Of a stretch of DNA of 64,000 nucleotides, positions 1-10,900 are shown piece by piece (position 1 is the stretch's first letter; every line of letters begins with the position of its first letter). The position numbers and the translations under genes are program-made. The notes beneath the pieces are model-generated. The model worked only from the letters and a program-made list of their open reading frames with translations, was not told the origin of the DNA and made no database searches. Origin of the DNA: a virus; the IMG/VR virus record IMGVR_UViG_3300025137_000020, positions 32,001 to 96,000 of that record. One strand, 5' to 3'.

Positions 1-1455
1 TTTGTAAAGCATATCTTTTAGACTTATTTCATCAATATCTCCAAACGCTTCTGTAGATACAAACCAGCCAAACATAACTAGGTTCATCACCATATCATCG
101 TGAGCGCCTTTGTCTGCTTCATAGCTCGAGCCTTTTGGTACAAATGTAGATAGCTCTAAAATAGTATTACTGTCAACCAATTCTAGCCCACCCTGTTCTA
201 TCAAATCTTTCATATTAGAACACCCCATTCGTTTAATCTTTTTAGTCATGGTAACACCAATGCCACCTTTCTTAATAGCCGATTCAACAAAAGTGTTTTC
301 GTATTCTAATTCGTAGTAAACTCCATTGCACACCACTTGTCCAGCGTCATTACTTTCAATTACTACAATGGCTTCGTTATAGTAATTAGCTGCGTGGACA
401 ATAATGTCTGGAAATAACAAAGGTGAGATCATGTTATCTCTATACGCTGCCACCTGTTTAAATGGTCTTGACGACATATCAATTACAGTAAATGTAGAAT
501 AGTCTTGGCCTCGCCCCTTTGAAACGTCTACCATCATTATATACTCATGCCCCTCTTGGGGTAATTCATATAACTTAACATCTCTAATAGTTTTAATTGG
601 TTCTTTAGCTTTTAAGCCAAGAAGACAATCCGCTGTAATAAGTGTTGAAGAACTACCGACGAACTGATTTCCAAACTCTTGAATGAATTGAGTCTCTGAT
701 GTATTTGATATCGTTTGCTTTTTCCATGCGTCATCTCTGCCAGGCACGTCCCACCAATCAACTCTGAAGTTAGCAAAATCATTTGCCTTTTGTACCGCAC
801 CTTCCCATATCTTATAGAACATGTTGCCTACTCCATTTGGCGTAGATGTAATAATAACTTTGGTTTCTTTACCAGATGAAATTACGGGATAGGTCGAGGT
901 ATAGAAAGTTGTGGCATTCTCAACGAAAGCAAACTCGTCAAGGAATAGTAAATTGACTGATTGACCACGAATAGAAGATGCAGATGTAGCCGACGCAATA
1001 ATCTTTGAGTTATTGGAGAACTCAAGTGAACCTTTATTCAATACTCTACAACCGGGCTGTAAAAAGAACGGAAGATTCTCAAGAGCTAACGTAACTCGAG
1101 ATAACATTTCTCTTGCAGTAGCTCCTTTATTAGCAAGTACTGCAATAGTTTTTTCGGGGTGAAAGATCGCATACCAAAGAATATAAACGACCGACGAAAT
1201 AGATTTACCAGACTGTCGACATGCAAGAACAACACTAAACCGGTTATCGTTGAAATGCTCAAACATTTTTTCTTGGTATGGATATAAGTCAAACGGAACT
1301 AGCCCCTTATCAAGATTGATAACTTTCACATACGTTTTTGCGAAGTGCACAGGGTCACGCATACACTTTTGGTATTCGGTGATTTCTTCTTTGGTGTAGT
1401 TATGAGTTACACCGTCTCTCTTAACCAGAGAGTTTCCATTATATCCGTCAGTCAT
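1..1455 (-). CDS. gp17: Terminase large subunit (3' end runs off the window)
   Basis: Not in the ORF track; translated by hand from ATG at 1455: MTDGYNGNSLVKR..., Walker A LACRQSGKS, LLFLDEFAFV, nuclease motifs MMVDVSKGRGQDYS and GAHDDMVMNL; the same frame reaches position 1; overlaps the gp16 stop. Confidence 0.96.
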   Translation of the reverse strand, partial: MTDGYNGNSLVKRDGVTHNYTKEEITEYQKCMRDPVHFAKTYVKVINLDKGLVPFDLYPYQEKMFEHFNDNRFSVVLACRQSGKSISSVVYILWYAIFHPEKTIAVLANKGATAREMLSRVTLALENLPFFLQPGCRVLNKGSLEFSNNSKIIASATSASSIRGQSVNLLFLDEFAFVENATTFYTSTYPVISSGKETKVIITSTPNGVGNMFYKIWEGAVQKANDFANFRVDWWDVPGRDDAWKKQTISNTSETQFIQEFGNQFVGSSSTLITADCLLGLKAKEPIKTIRDVKLYELPQEGHEYIMMVDVSKGRGQDYSTFTVIDMSSRPFKQVAAYRDNMISPLLFPDIIVHAANYYNEAIVVIESNDAGQVVCNGVYYELEYENTFVESAIKKGGIGVTMTKKIKRMGCSNMKDLIEQGGLELVDSNTILELSTFVPKGSSYEADKGAHDDMVMNLVMFGWFVSTEAFGDIDEISLKDMLYK

Positions 1456-1852
1456 TATCTACCTTCTTCGCCAGCATTTTCTGAAGTTCAGAAGTCGAAC
1501 CGACAAAGAGGTTATTATTCGTGACGCCACTAGATTCAGTCGGTTCATTATTTAGTTTATCAAGTTCGTGTCTTTTCTTTTGTAAATCAATTAATTGTGT
1601 AGTTACATCAGCTGAGGTTTTAAACATTCCCGCAAGAACTTCAAAAGCTCTGGGATGCTCGGCTTCTACTGCAACCTGCATCATGTGGTCAAGAGCCTCG
1701 TCAGATTTGTCAAGTAGGCTTTTTAGATTATCTCTAGCTAAATTGTAATCTTCTTCTGCATCGTCAGTAAGATTAACTTCTTTTTGAATAGGAACTAGCG
1801 GTCTTGCGTTAGAAACCAATGCCTTATTTATTTTGTCAAGTTTATCACTCAT
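1448..1852 (-). CDS. gp16: Terminase small subunit
   Basis: DYNLARDNL...EHPRAFEVL...TNNNLFVGSTSELQKML motifs of T4-like gp16; directly upstream of gp17. Confidence 0.92.
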   Translation of the reverse strand: MSDKLDKINKALVSNARPLVPIQKEVNLTDDAEEDYNLARDNLKSLLDKSDEALDHMMQVAVEAEHPRAFEVLAGMFKTSADVTTQLIDLQKKRHELDKLNNEPTESSGVTNNNLFVGSTSELQKMLAKKVDND

Positions 1853-3941
1853 TTACTGTCATATTAAATACTGTTCTAGTTACTCCAGAGGTTAGTCCCG
1901 TAAGAACTTCTTCTTCAACAAACTTAGATTCTAACTCCTTTACCACTATTACGTTATTACTTGAAGATACAATAGTCGCTCGTCCTAACGTTGCATTTCC
2001 TGTTACGATTTCGCCTATTGTAAAATTTTGGTTGTCGGATGATGAAACGTTAAGAGTTTCGCCTCTTGAGCCAATTCTTATATTCCAGCCAGCTACAACT
2101 GGATTTACCGTGTCATTTACATTATCGGCAATCAACGTGCCATTTCTAAGTAATTGCCATTCATCACCACTGTATTGAATACTTACTGCAGCGTTTGGAC
2201 TATTACTTCCGCCAGACGGTGAATTCAAATCAAATTTTGGAAGGCCATTTACTTTACCATTTCTAATAAAATTACCGGATATAATCGTATCATTTACTGA
2301 ATCGATATCTATAACCAATGGGGTTGTAGGAGAATTAGCCGGGCTATCAATTTCTCCTAATTGCTCTGCTGGAATAGTGATTTGGTCAGTAACTAAATAA
2401 TCTACACCACCGTCAATAATTGTAATATTAGAAACCGAGCCAGTCTTGTCTAAATCAATGTCTAATGATAGACCACCACCGGTTCCGCCATCAACAGTTA
2501 TGCTACGAGTAAAGGTTGGATTATAATCTGCTATTGTATCAGCATTAGCAGAATCACCTGCAGTTACAGTAAATGTATTAACACCTCCTTGAGCCACACC
2601 CGTACCAGAAATACTAGCAGCGGTTATAACTCCACTATCGATTGTAGTAACTGTAACTGTTGCATCGTTAGCTGGACTTGCGCCACCTAAAGATGTACCA
2701 AGAACTGTAATTGTTTCGTTTTCAGCGAATGCAGTTCCGCCGTCACTTATAGCACTAATGCTATATACAGTGCCATCTTTTTGTATAGATAAATCAGCGT
2801 CTGTTCCACTAATACCACCATCCAAATCTGTAATATCATATACTATAGCTTCAGTAGAATCAATAGTATCTACATTTATCGTCAAACTTGTATTATGATA
2901 AGGCGAATCAGATATTGTTAATGTATCTGCTACAGTAAATTTGAGTCCCGCGAGTGAAGTTGCCACCGCAGTAGTTATTCCTGTTCTGCCGTCTATAGTA
3001 ACATCAAATGCAGCTCCTGTGCCAGTGCCGCCTGTCGCAGATAAAGATGAAATAGCAATATTAGTATTATCCGCAGCAATTCTATCTAAGTCAGTAGTAC
3101 CACTATTAATAGAAACACTATTAATATCGTTTAACGCAGCAATACCCGATAAAACTAAACTGTTAACTGCTAAATTCGCCGAGTGCTGGTTATCTGCATC
3201 AAACAATGAAGTAAACACGTCGATTGCACCCGATGGAGAATCTTGTGATACTTGTACAGTGCTTAATGTATTTGCTAACCCAACCGCCACCGATGTAAAA
3301 TCAGCAATTTCGGTTTCAACCTTTTTGATAATTGATACCCTTGAAGTATCGGGTGCGAATCTAATTCTTACAGTAAAGTCTAATGTATAAACTATGGTTC
3401 TTCTTGTTGCAACATCTGATTCATAATCATCTGTAAATGTAACGCTGTTTAGAATAAACGGGACGTCGGTAAGAGAGCCAGGTCCTTCAATGCCTTTAAT
3501 ACTTACTGTGTATTCTGGTGAAAATGTTGGAAGAATCTGCTCTACAATTTGTAACGCGTCCTCTTGGTTTCTAGCCATAATATTCAATTGCATACCCAGA
3601 GTATAAGGAACACTCTGATACATAGAATTTCTACTATTAGGCGAGTTAGAAATAGTATGTAGAGTCTTATTCAGTCTATTCAATTTTGTACTAGAGTCGT
3701 AATCAATAGAAGTAATTTCAAAAGACATTCTTGGCAACTTAATTGCTACCCGCTGCTGCTCTAGGTTCTCTTTCATTCTATCCAAGAATTTATTTCGAGG
3801 CCCATAAGATATAGGAACCCTTTGGATATTAGATATAGTATTTCCACTGTGTCGACCGACAACAATGTTATTAAAGATTGTACCAAATACTGATACAATT
3901 CTTTTTATTGTAGCGTGATAAAAATGTACTCCGTTAAGCAT
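1845..3941 (-). CDS. gp15: Tail sheath stabiliser/tail terminator gp15 with long C-terminal beta-rich extension
   Basis: N-terminal HFYHATIKRIVSVFGTIFNNI, VPISYGPRNKF, LPRMSFEITSIDYD, QIVEQILPTFSPEY match T4-like gp15; start placed at ATG 3941; about 450 extra C-terminal residues. Confidence 0.88.
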   Translation of the reverse strand: MLNGVHFYHATIKRIVSVFGTIFNNIVVGRHSGNTISNIQRVPISYGPRNKFLDRMKENLEQQRVAIKLPRMSFEITSIDYDSSTKLNRLNKTLHTISNSPNSRNSMYQSVPYTLGMQLNIMARNQEDALQIVEQILPTFSPEYTVSIKGIEGPGSLTDVPFILNSVTFTDDYESDVATRRTIVYTLDFTVRIRFAPDTSRVSIIKKVETEIADFTSVAVGLANTLSTVQVSQDSPSGAIDVFTSLFDADNQHSANLAVNSLVLSGIAALNDINSVSINSGTTDLDRIAADNTNIAISSLSATGGTGTGAAFDVTIDGRTGITTAVATSLAGLKFTVADTLTISDSPYHNTSLTINVDTIDSTEAIVYDITDLDGGISGTDADLSIQKDGTVYSISAISDGGTAFAENETITVLGTSLGGASPANDATVTVTTIDSGVITAASISGTGVAQGGVNTFTVTAGDSANADTIADYNPTFTRSITVDGGTGGGLSLDIDLDKTGSVSNITIIDGGVDYLVTDQITIPAEQLGEIDSPANSPTTPLVIDIDSVNDTIISGNFIRNGKVNGLPKFDLNSPSGGSNSPNAAVSIQYSGDEWQLLRNGTLIADNVNDTVNPVVAGWNIRIGSRGETLNVSSSDNQNFTIGEIVTGNATLGRATIVSSSNNVIVVKELESKFVEEEVLTGLTSGVTRTVFNMTVNE

Positions 3942-4830
3942 TGTCGTTTGGCTCTCCAAATGGATTTAATTCACTAAAGTCTAAGTAATTGTTATTGATT
4001 GCTTCAAAGTCTGCAGCGTCGTCAAACGCGTCATTTGAATATATTTCTGATGTCAAATCTTCTTCGGCCGCAACAGTCGCAGCTGCAGCTGATTTGGTAC
4101 CAACAATAGTATCACCGATTTTAATCTTATTGACAGTACCGTCAACAACTGACAGTGTGCCAAGGTTTAATACGATTGGGGTCTGGTCTTCATCAAAGCC
4201 AAGAACTTCTGAGGTTCCAACAGAAGAATCTGCAAACGTAATGTTAACCTCTTCGCCTATCTCAAATTTAGTCGTGGACGTATAAGTAATCCCAATACTA
4301 GTTGTAGCTTCGTGAATTGTTTGAACATCATCAATTAAACCAAGTCCCGTGTCAATATCTTCGCCTCGGTATTCGAATAGTTCACATTGAAGTTTATATA
4401 CGACAAGATTGTTTAATTGATAAAAAGGCTGTTCGTGTTCAACAAATTTCAATTCAAATAACGACTTTGACAGTGGAATATAAATTAAGTCACCTTCTTT
4501 AGGTCTTATCATATCCGACCCTCGGGTGGCTCTTGAAAAGCTTCTTCTTGCTACGATAAGGCTAACTTGGTCTCTTATCTCTAATCCAAATTTACCGAGC
4601 AAATCGCCATCACCATCAAAGCCATCAGTATTTTCGATATACATTTCAACAAGGTATGAATCCGTAAATTTAGACTCGATGGTTTCATTGATTATATCAT
4701 CAGAGCTAATAATATCACGAGGAATATAATACACATCTTGACCGTAAATACCCAAAGCTTCTACGACCATATCCTCGTAGAGGTCTTTCTCTCCTACAGA
4801 GCCCTGTGAAAAATAAGTATTTCTTGCCAT
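3934..4830 (-). CDS. gp14: Neck protein gp14
   Basis: EALGIYGQDVYYIPR, KFGLEIRD, RPKEGDLIYIP, FVEHEQPFYQL, LDFSELNPFGE; gene order 13-14-15-16-17. Confidence 0.93.
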   Translation of the reverse strand: MARNTYFSQGSVGEKDLYEDMVVEALGIYGQDVYYIPRDIISSDDIINETIESKFTDSYLVEMYIENTDGFDGDGDLLGKFGLEIRDQVSLIVARRSFSRATRGSDMIRPKEGDLIYIPLSKSLFELKFVEHEQPFYQLNNLVVYKLQCELFEYRGEDIDTGLGLIDDVQTIHEATTSIGITYTSTTKFEIGEEVNITFADSSVGTSEVLGFDEDQTPIVLNLGTLSVVDGTVNKIKIGDTIVGTKSAAAATVAAEEDLTSEIYSNDAFDDAADFEAINNNYLDFSELNPFGEPNDNA

Positions 4831-4842
4831 AATATCATCTCG

Positions 4843-5655
4843 TTATCCTACATAGAAAGCCGGAGGCATTTCGTATTTAAGTTGAGCCTCTTCTTCGATC
4901 TTTATGATTTCTTCATTAGCTTCATCATAAATCTGTTGACCGTTCATTGTAACTCCACCGGGCAATTGCATCCCATCAAACTTTTTGATATTAGTACCCC
5001 ACTGCTTTTTAACTAATGCAGTTAAATATTTTTTTAAGAACATATCGTTATATACTTTAGTTGATGTAGCTTCTGTTGTTGCCGATACGTCTGCGCCGGA
5101 ACCATAAGTATCTCCGGTCGAATTTGTTTTTGGTACAACTGCTTCATAACCCTCAAACACTATGTATTGGTCTAATCTTAAGTCAGTGCCCCATCGGGTC
5201 TCAATATAAAGCCTATTTATGTGTCTGTTAAATCTTACTGTTTGGTCTTTGCCATCAAACATTTGATCTATCAAAGCTAGGTGTTGTTGTGTCATTGAAT
5301 ATTGCAGCATATTACCTGCCCCCTTATTCAAATCATATAAGCCATTTAACATCATTTGATATTCTATATTAAAGTCGCCGGTACCACCAGAATTAGAATT
5401 AAATGGTAACACTCTAGACACGGTAAGATAGGTATCTGGTATAGTAATATACTCGTTGTCGATATCCGCCTGGGTTATCTTATATTTTCGAAATCTTTTA
5501 ATTACAGCGTCTGAATGATACTCTTGGTAAAATTGCAGCGCTTCATCTAGACGATCACCTAGTTGGTCATCATCTACATTTATTTCAATCACTGGAGCTC
5601 CTAAAGCTCTTAAACAATAATCAACTAATGTTTGTCTAGAATATGGTTTCGACAT
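4843..5655 (-). CDS. gp13: Neck protein gp13
   Basis: YCLRALGAPVIEINVDDDQ, KKQWGTNIKKFDGMQLPGGVTMNG; late promoter directly upstream. Confidence 0.94.
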   Translation of the reverse strand: MSKPYSRQTLVDYCLRALGAPVIEINVDDDQLGDRLDEALQFYQEYHSDAVIKRFRKYKITQADIDNEYITIPDTYLTVSRVLPFNSNSGGTGDFNIEYQMMLNGLYDLNKGAGNMLQYSMTQQHLALIDQMFDGKDQTVRFNRHINRLYIETRWGTDLRLDQYIVFEGYEAVVPKTNSTGDTYGSGADVSATTEATSTKVYNDMFLKKYLTALVKKQWGTNIKKFDGMQLPGGVTMNGQQIYDEANEEIIKIEEEAQLKYEMPPAFYVG

Positions 5656-5660
5656 ATATC

Positions 5661-5668
5661 TATTTATA
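5661..5668 (-). promoter_or_regulatory. T4-type late promoter (TATAAATA) for gp13
   Basis: Exact TATAAATA on the minus strand 5 nt before the gp13 ATG. Confidence 0.85.
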
Positions 5669-5701
5669 AGAAACGACTAGTCGGAATGGCAGAAACTACA
5701 T

Positions 5702-7897
5702 TTAACTATTTGGGCCACTTGATTTATACACCTGCCCCGCATCTATTAATTGAGATTCATCTATTCGAGGTGGCCAACTAGTAGTACCGTATGTTTCATA
5801 CGGTGCTCGTGATGTACTTCTAAGATCACCTTGAGGTTCTACGACAGAAGTAATATGAATCCCGCGTCTCATTCCGTAGTTCCCCTCTTTTACCCATGAA
5901 ATCTCGCCATTCTGTTTTCCTTTCCACCCAATTAAATAGTATCCGTGACCTCCATGGCCACCGCCGCCACCTCTGTTACCTCCACCCCCGGTACTACCGC
6001 TTTGCCCGCCATAAGTTCTAATAGTTGGATGACCATATAAAGTATTATATATTACGACTACACTTCCGCCGGCCCCACCTCCGCCAGATGCGCTACCACC
6101 GTCGCCAGACCGCGTTCCATTAAGAGAGTTACCATTTTGGCCTCCTCCAACGCCTTCCTCATAGCAACTCGAAGAGCCTGAGCCGGGTGTATAAGCATTA
6201 CTGTTATCACTCGACCCTCTACCTTGTCCCCGCGCGTATAAAAGGGTCGCATCTGATTGATAATATGCTGAGTTAGTACCACCACTAGCACCACTGCTTT
6301 GATCCGATCGCTTACCCATAGGAATTGGTGCTAAATAGTAACTATTGGATACGTCGCCAGCTGATTCGACTGCAACCCCGCCCGTCTTTAAGTTTGGCGC
6401 GTCTGCAAATCTTATAATAGGCGCTACTAAGACAATACAACCGGCTCCAGTAGCATTTTTGCCACCCGGCACCCCGTCATATGTAATGGTACTCCGCCGC
6501 CAGCTACTGCCGCTGGAAACCGATGTACTGACGATGCCACCCTTGCCGCCGGCACCGCTCACTCCACCATAAAGAACTGGAAAATCATCGTTGTTGGCGT
6601 AGGGATCGGCCGCTAAACCATATTTACCTTTCATAGTATACCCAAAAGATTTCATAAATGATACAGCAGTACCATCCGCGCTTCTGCCACTGACTCCGTT
6701 GGCCCCTGAGCTATTGTTTCCGCGGTAGCCTCCACCTGCGCCACTCGCGCTTTGTACTACGCTGCCTGAAACGTTAGCGCCTTCGTCTATAGTGCGCTTA
6801 TAGCTTAATGCAGTGCTCGTGCCACCGGTGGCGGTGAGGGATCTGCTATTAGCACCACCACCACCGCCGCCACCACCAGTGCTAAAAATCTGGCTATATG
6901 CTGCGGCCGACCCAAAATCTGAGGTGGTGTTCGCTCCTGTTCGCGTTCCTGTGGGGTTTGCATTTATTCTTACCCCAGCTCCGAATGTAATAGACTTAGT
7001 AGCAAATATAATAACACGACCAGGATACCCAGTAGGAACCAGTTCTGTGTTATCTCGTATGACTACATCAGTAAAATTTTTAGTGCCATTGATTTTAGCA
7101 TTTATAAATTTGCCAATCCCTGCACTTGAATAATAACTACAATTTTCATCTGTGGAGCCGCCGCTGCGCGGTCTTCCTTCAAAATAAATGTACTCGAAAA
7201 AGTTATCTGCGAATAACTTGCGGACGGCGGAGGCGGGGTCACTCGTGTAAAACGGGTCTTCATACCAAATTCCACGGTAAGAGTATTCACTAGCGACGGA
7301 CGCCGATACCCTATCTGCATAAGGATACAGATTCTGACCTGACAGATACATTCTAGTAAATGGTGTTACACCAAATGGTACTTTAGATTCTCTTGAGAGC
7401 ATCCGTCGGTAGAAGGAGGTTCCACCTGAGGTGTATAGTGTTACTAATTCCCACCCGCCCCAACGCCTTCCAGCGCTTAATACACCATTATTATAAGTGG
7501 TAGATTCATTCCAAAGAAAAAAGTAGTCCAAGCCCAAAGGCGTATTATCATAAATTGATACAGCAACCCAAGCTTTTTTACCAACAAAAAAACCAGCGCT
7601 TTCAATTTCTGAACCGTCCAAACCTGCGTGGTAAGTTGCCGTTGACATTGTACTACGGTATCCTGGTGAAGCTGTATCAGTAGCAGTTATGGTAGTTTCA
7701 ACCCATTTAACACCATCTTGAGATGCGGGGTCGAAGTGTGGAAAGCTACTTGCGATGATCCCACTTTTAGGTTGGCCAGGATTGTATGTTTGTTTTACTT
7801 CATACTCGATTGGCCCATAAACGTGAGAGCCATCAGATCCGTCACCCCAGCGATACGGCTCGGGTGTTGTTATTTCAACTTGACCGTGTCTACTCAT
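5702..7897 (-). CDS. Glycine-rich virion/fibre-associated protein
   Basis: 731 aa, poly-Gly tracts (GGGGGGGG, GGGGAGGSVVVIY) in the C-terminal half; co-oriented inside the structural operon after a fibre gene. Confidence 0.6.
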   Translation of the reverse strand: MSRHGQVEITTPEPYRWGDGSDGSHVYGPIEYEVKQTYNPGQPKSGIIASSFPHFDPASQDGVKWVETTITATDTASPGYRSTMSTATYHAGLDGSEIESAGFFVGKKAWVAVSIYDNTPLGLDYFFLWNESTTYNNGVLSAGRRWGGWELVTLYTSGGTSFYRRMLSRESKVPFGVTPFTRMYLSGQNLYPYADRVSASVASEYSYRGIWYEDPFYTSDPASAVRKLFADNFFEYIYFEGRPRSGGSTDENCSYYSSAGIGKFINAKINGTKNFTDVVIRDNTELVPTGYPGRVIIFATKSITFGAGVRINANPTGTRTGANTTSDFGSAAAYSQIFSTGGGGGGGGANSRSLTATGGTSTALSYKRTIDEGANVSGSVVQSASGAGGGYRGNNSSGANGVSGRSADGTAVSFMKSFGYTMKGKYGLAADPYANNDDFPVLYGGVSGAGGKGGIVSTSVSSGSSWRRSTITYDGVPGGKNATGAGCIVLVAPIIRFADAPNLKTGGVAVESAGDVSNSYYLAPIPMGKRSDQSSGASGGTNSAYYQSDATLLYARGQGRGSSDNSNAYTPGSGSSSCYEEGVGGGQNGNSLNGTRSGDGGSASGGGGAGGSVVVIYNTLYGHPTIRTYGGQSGSTGGGGNRGGGGGHGGHGYYLIGWKGKQNGEISWVKEGNYGMRRGIHITSVVEPQGDLRSTSRAPYETYGTTSWPPRIDESQLIDAGQVYKSSGPNS

Positions 7898-7903
7898 ATT
7901 TTA

Positions 7904-10900
7904 TTAGCTAGGTTGTAAATCGTATGTGATTGCTGCGTAGAAGATACCTGATACATATACACCAGATAGAATATCAACTCCGTCGGGTCCAGGTGTTAAT
8001 GTTGGATCACCGCCTGCAAAGTGCATATTGCTTGGAAAATCAATGTCGTAACTACCAGCGTTTTTGATGATCATTGTAAATGCTCCACCGGTGTCTCGAG
8101 TACTGTTCGCGGACAATGTCATAGTAGAATTACCACTTACATTAATAACATGAACATTAGAATCTCCTAGATATATTGTAAATGCACCATTAGCAGTAGT
8201 TGTCTTAATGTTATTTGTGACAGTACCTTGAAATTTTACATGATTCGAATCGTGGTGATAGCTAAACACTCTGTGCTCGGCACCACCAGAGCTATTACCA
8301 GTTTCCTCTGGTCTTGACGTACCGCTGATTTGAGTTGTGCTAGCAGATTTTCTAAAGAATGTTATTTCGTCCTCACTTCCAACAACTGAAGGGTTGTTGT
8401 CGCCGTTGTATAAGAAACCACCACCGTGAGTACCCGATTGGCCAACGTAAATTCTACCAGTTCCTTGGGAGGTACCCATAAGTCGAAGCTCTGCGACTTC
8501 GGTATCTGGTGCGACTATATCAATACCCTCGCCATTGGCGTAGTGACCACTAGGAGAAGCTGTACCAATACCAAGTCTCCGTCGTGACTGGTCGTATACC
8601 ATACCATTGGTATCAATTGTCAAATCTCCACTTGCTACAATTGGCTGGCTGAATGTAATATTACTAGAATTGAACTGCGCCACTGTAGAAGAACCACCTG
8701 GCTGTAGTTTAATATTTTTAGCCGCTGCAGCAGTTGCAGTAGTTCTAATTTCAAGACCTGAAGAGCTGGCTTTAATAGCATGAAGGGAACCACCACCAGA
8801 GCTTTCAAATCTAATATGGTCACCCACATCAGTAGTTCCAGTTTTTGTAGATTTTAAACTTAACACCGCATCTGGTGTGATGTCCATTGCGGTGGCATTG
8901 CCAGAAATGAATAGAGCATTTTCAAATATGTTCGATCCATTTCTGCTGATTTTATATCTATCTACTTTAGTTGCACTATTGGCTCTACGTGTTGTAATAG
9001 AGAAGATTCGATCGTCGGCAGTACCTACTTTAATAGTAGCTTGCATTACCCCGCTTCTATAAAAATCAAGAACCGAGGAATCGGCATTTACATTAAACCC
9101 ACCACATGCATTAGTTTTTCGCGAGAACATGAAAAATGGACTTCCGCTATTGTGATTAAACGAAAATCCTTGGTCTGTATTGTTTAAACCAGGTACGCCA
9201 GTGCTGTCAGTAAGTGCGCCAGTTGAATCAGTCTTAAACAAGATAAGCCTGGTTGTGGTCATATCAAGCGCGTAATCTGTATCAGCTGACGAGCCAGATT
9301 GGGTTTGCAAATCGTTATCGGCTAGATTTTGAGCCGTCCTTGCCATTAATCCTAACCTATTGTATGAAGTGTTAATATTGTTTCTAAAGGTAGTACCCGT
9401 TGTGTGCCTAACTACAAAGTGGTCGCCACTGCTGTTATCGCAGAGGTCTAAAACAAGACTACCGTAATCAGTGGCGTTGGTCGTCGCGGAGGAGTCTTTA
9501 CTGTTTTCAGCATATAATCTTGCGCCATCTGTACCATCTCCAGCAGCTTGCTTATCGATGGCTGGAAACTGTAAGTATTCTTTTCTATTCAGATAACTGC
9601 TACTATCACCGGAAGATGCGAAGGTCCCAGCCGTTCCGCGTATACGTACTGTCCCTTGTACATCCAATGCTTCAGCTGGTGTTGTAACACCTATACCAAT
9701 CGAATCCGATTCGATCGTGGGCACTTTGAACTTAACTAAAGATTCGACTTCAGTACTATTCCAATCCATAACCCTGGTACTATCAGAATATAGGGCGAGG
9801 TCTTCGGAGTTATTTCCATGTGTTCTAAAATAATGGCTTTTACCAGTACCAAAAGTGCCTTCTATCTTTAACGCAATATTGTTCTCGAAATCTCCTTTTA
9901 AATGAAGTTGGGCATCTGGATTAGTAAGGCCTATGCCAACCTTACCATCTGTATCGATAGCTAATCTTTCTTTGCTATCAGTTTGATCATAAATTCTAAA
10001 TACTCCAGCATCAGTAATAAGTCTAAAGTGACCTTCAGAGTTCTGTAAGTCGTAGCCAGCTTGGCCAGCGCCTGTTGTCTTAACCAAGACTTTAGCACTC
10101 CCCACAGTTGTGTCAGTTACATCTAGAAGTGCAGTAGGAGCGGTGACTCCTCCAATACCAACTTTTCCATCAGTATCAACTACGAACTTTGTTTGTGCTG
10201 GACGAGCCGTGTCAATGCCATCTGCGGCATAACCAAGCATAAAGGTAGATTGAAGATAGCCGCTTCCCGCAAACCATTCACGATCATTGGCACTAACTGC
10301 GCTATTTAAGCTATCTTTAATATAAATCCCTGCGGCTCTACCTTCGAATCCTATTAGGTTTATGACTGCAGTATCCAACGGCGCAGCGCCGTCATCGGCT
10401 ACATCTACCACTAATCCGCCATGACTAGTCGTCCTAATCGTTCCGCCGGCGACGATGGAACCTACATCAGAAATATTACCAGATGCATCAACATCAAAAT
10501 TACCATTAGCGGCCTGTATAGTTCCGTCTGCATATATGTTACCACTAATATGAAGATTGCTACCGACATAAAGCTTCTTGGTCACGGCTAATCCGCCAGA
10601 TAAAGTATTTGCTCCACCGTCTGCTGAGCTTGTTGCGTCTGTTGTTAAAGTATTAGTAAATATACCATTCATTGATATACCACCAACCTCATCCAAATCT
10701 ACTTGGTTAAACTCTACAGTAGCTGAACTTCCCGTTGATGATATTCCAGTAACATTCAAATTACCAGTGATATTAACATTACCTTTTAATTTAGCGTCTC
10801 CATCGACCTGAAATTTGTATGGTCCGTAAGTCCGGCCATCTAAATCTACAGTAGCATCAGCCGAAGTTGCGTTTATTCCTACAAAACTATTGTCGGAGTC

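Noticed and set aside
612-1292. Track ORFs 612-800 and 1086-1292 as genes, or as a sign that gp17 is split
   Set aside because: They are alternative frames inside gp17. The frame starting at ATG 1455 is the same frame that reaches position 1, and the expected motifs occur in order.
7904-8200. Diversity-generating retroelement target at the fibre C-terminus
   Set aside because: No reverse transcriptase and no template/variable repeat pair visible in the window.
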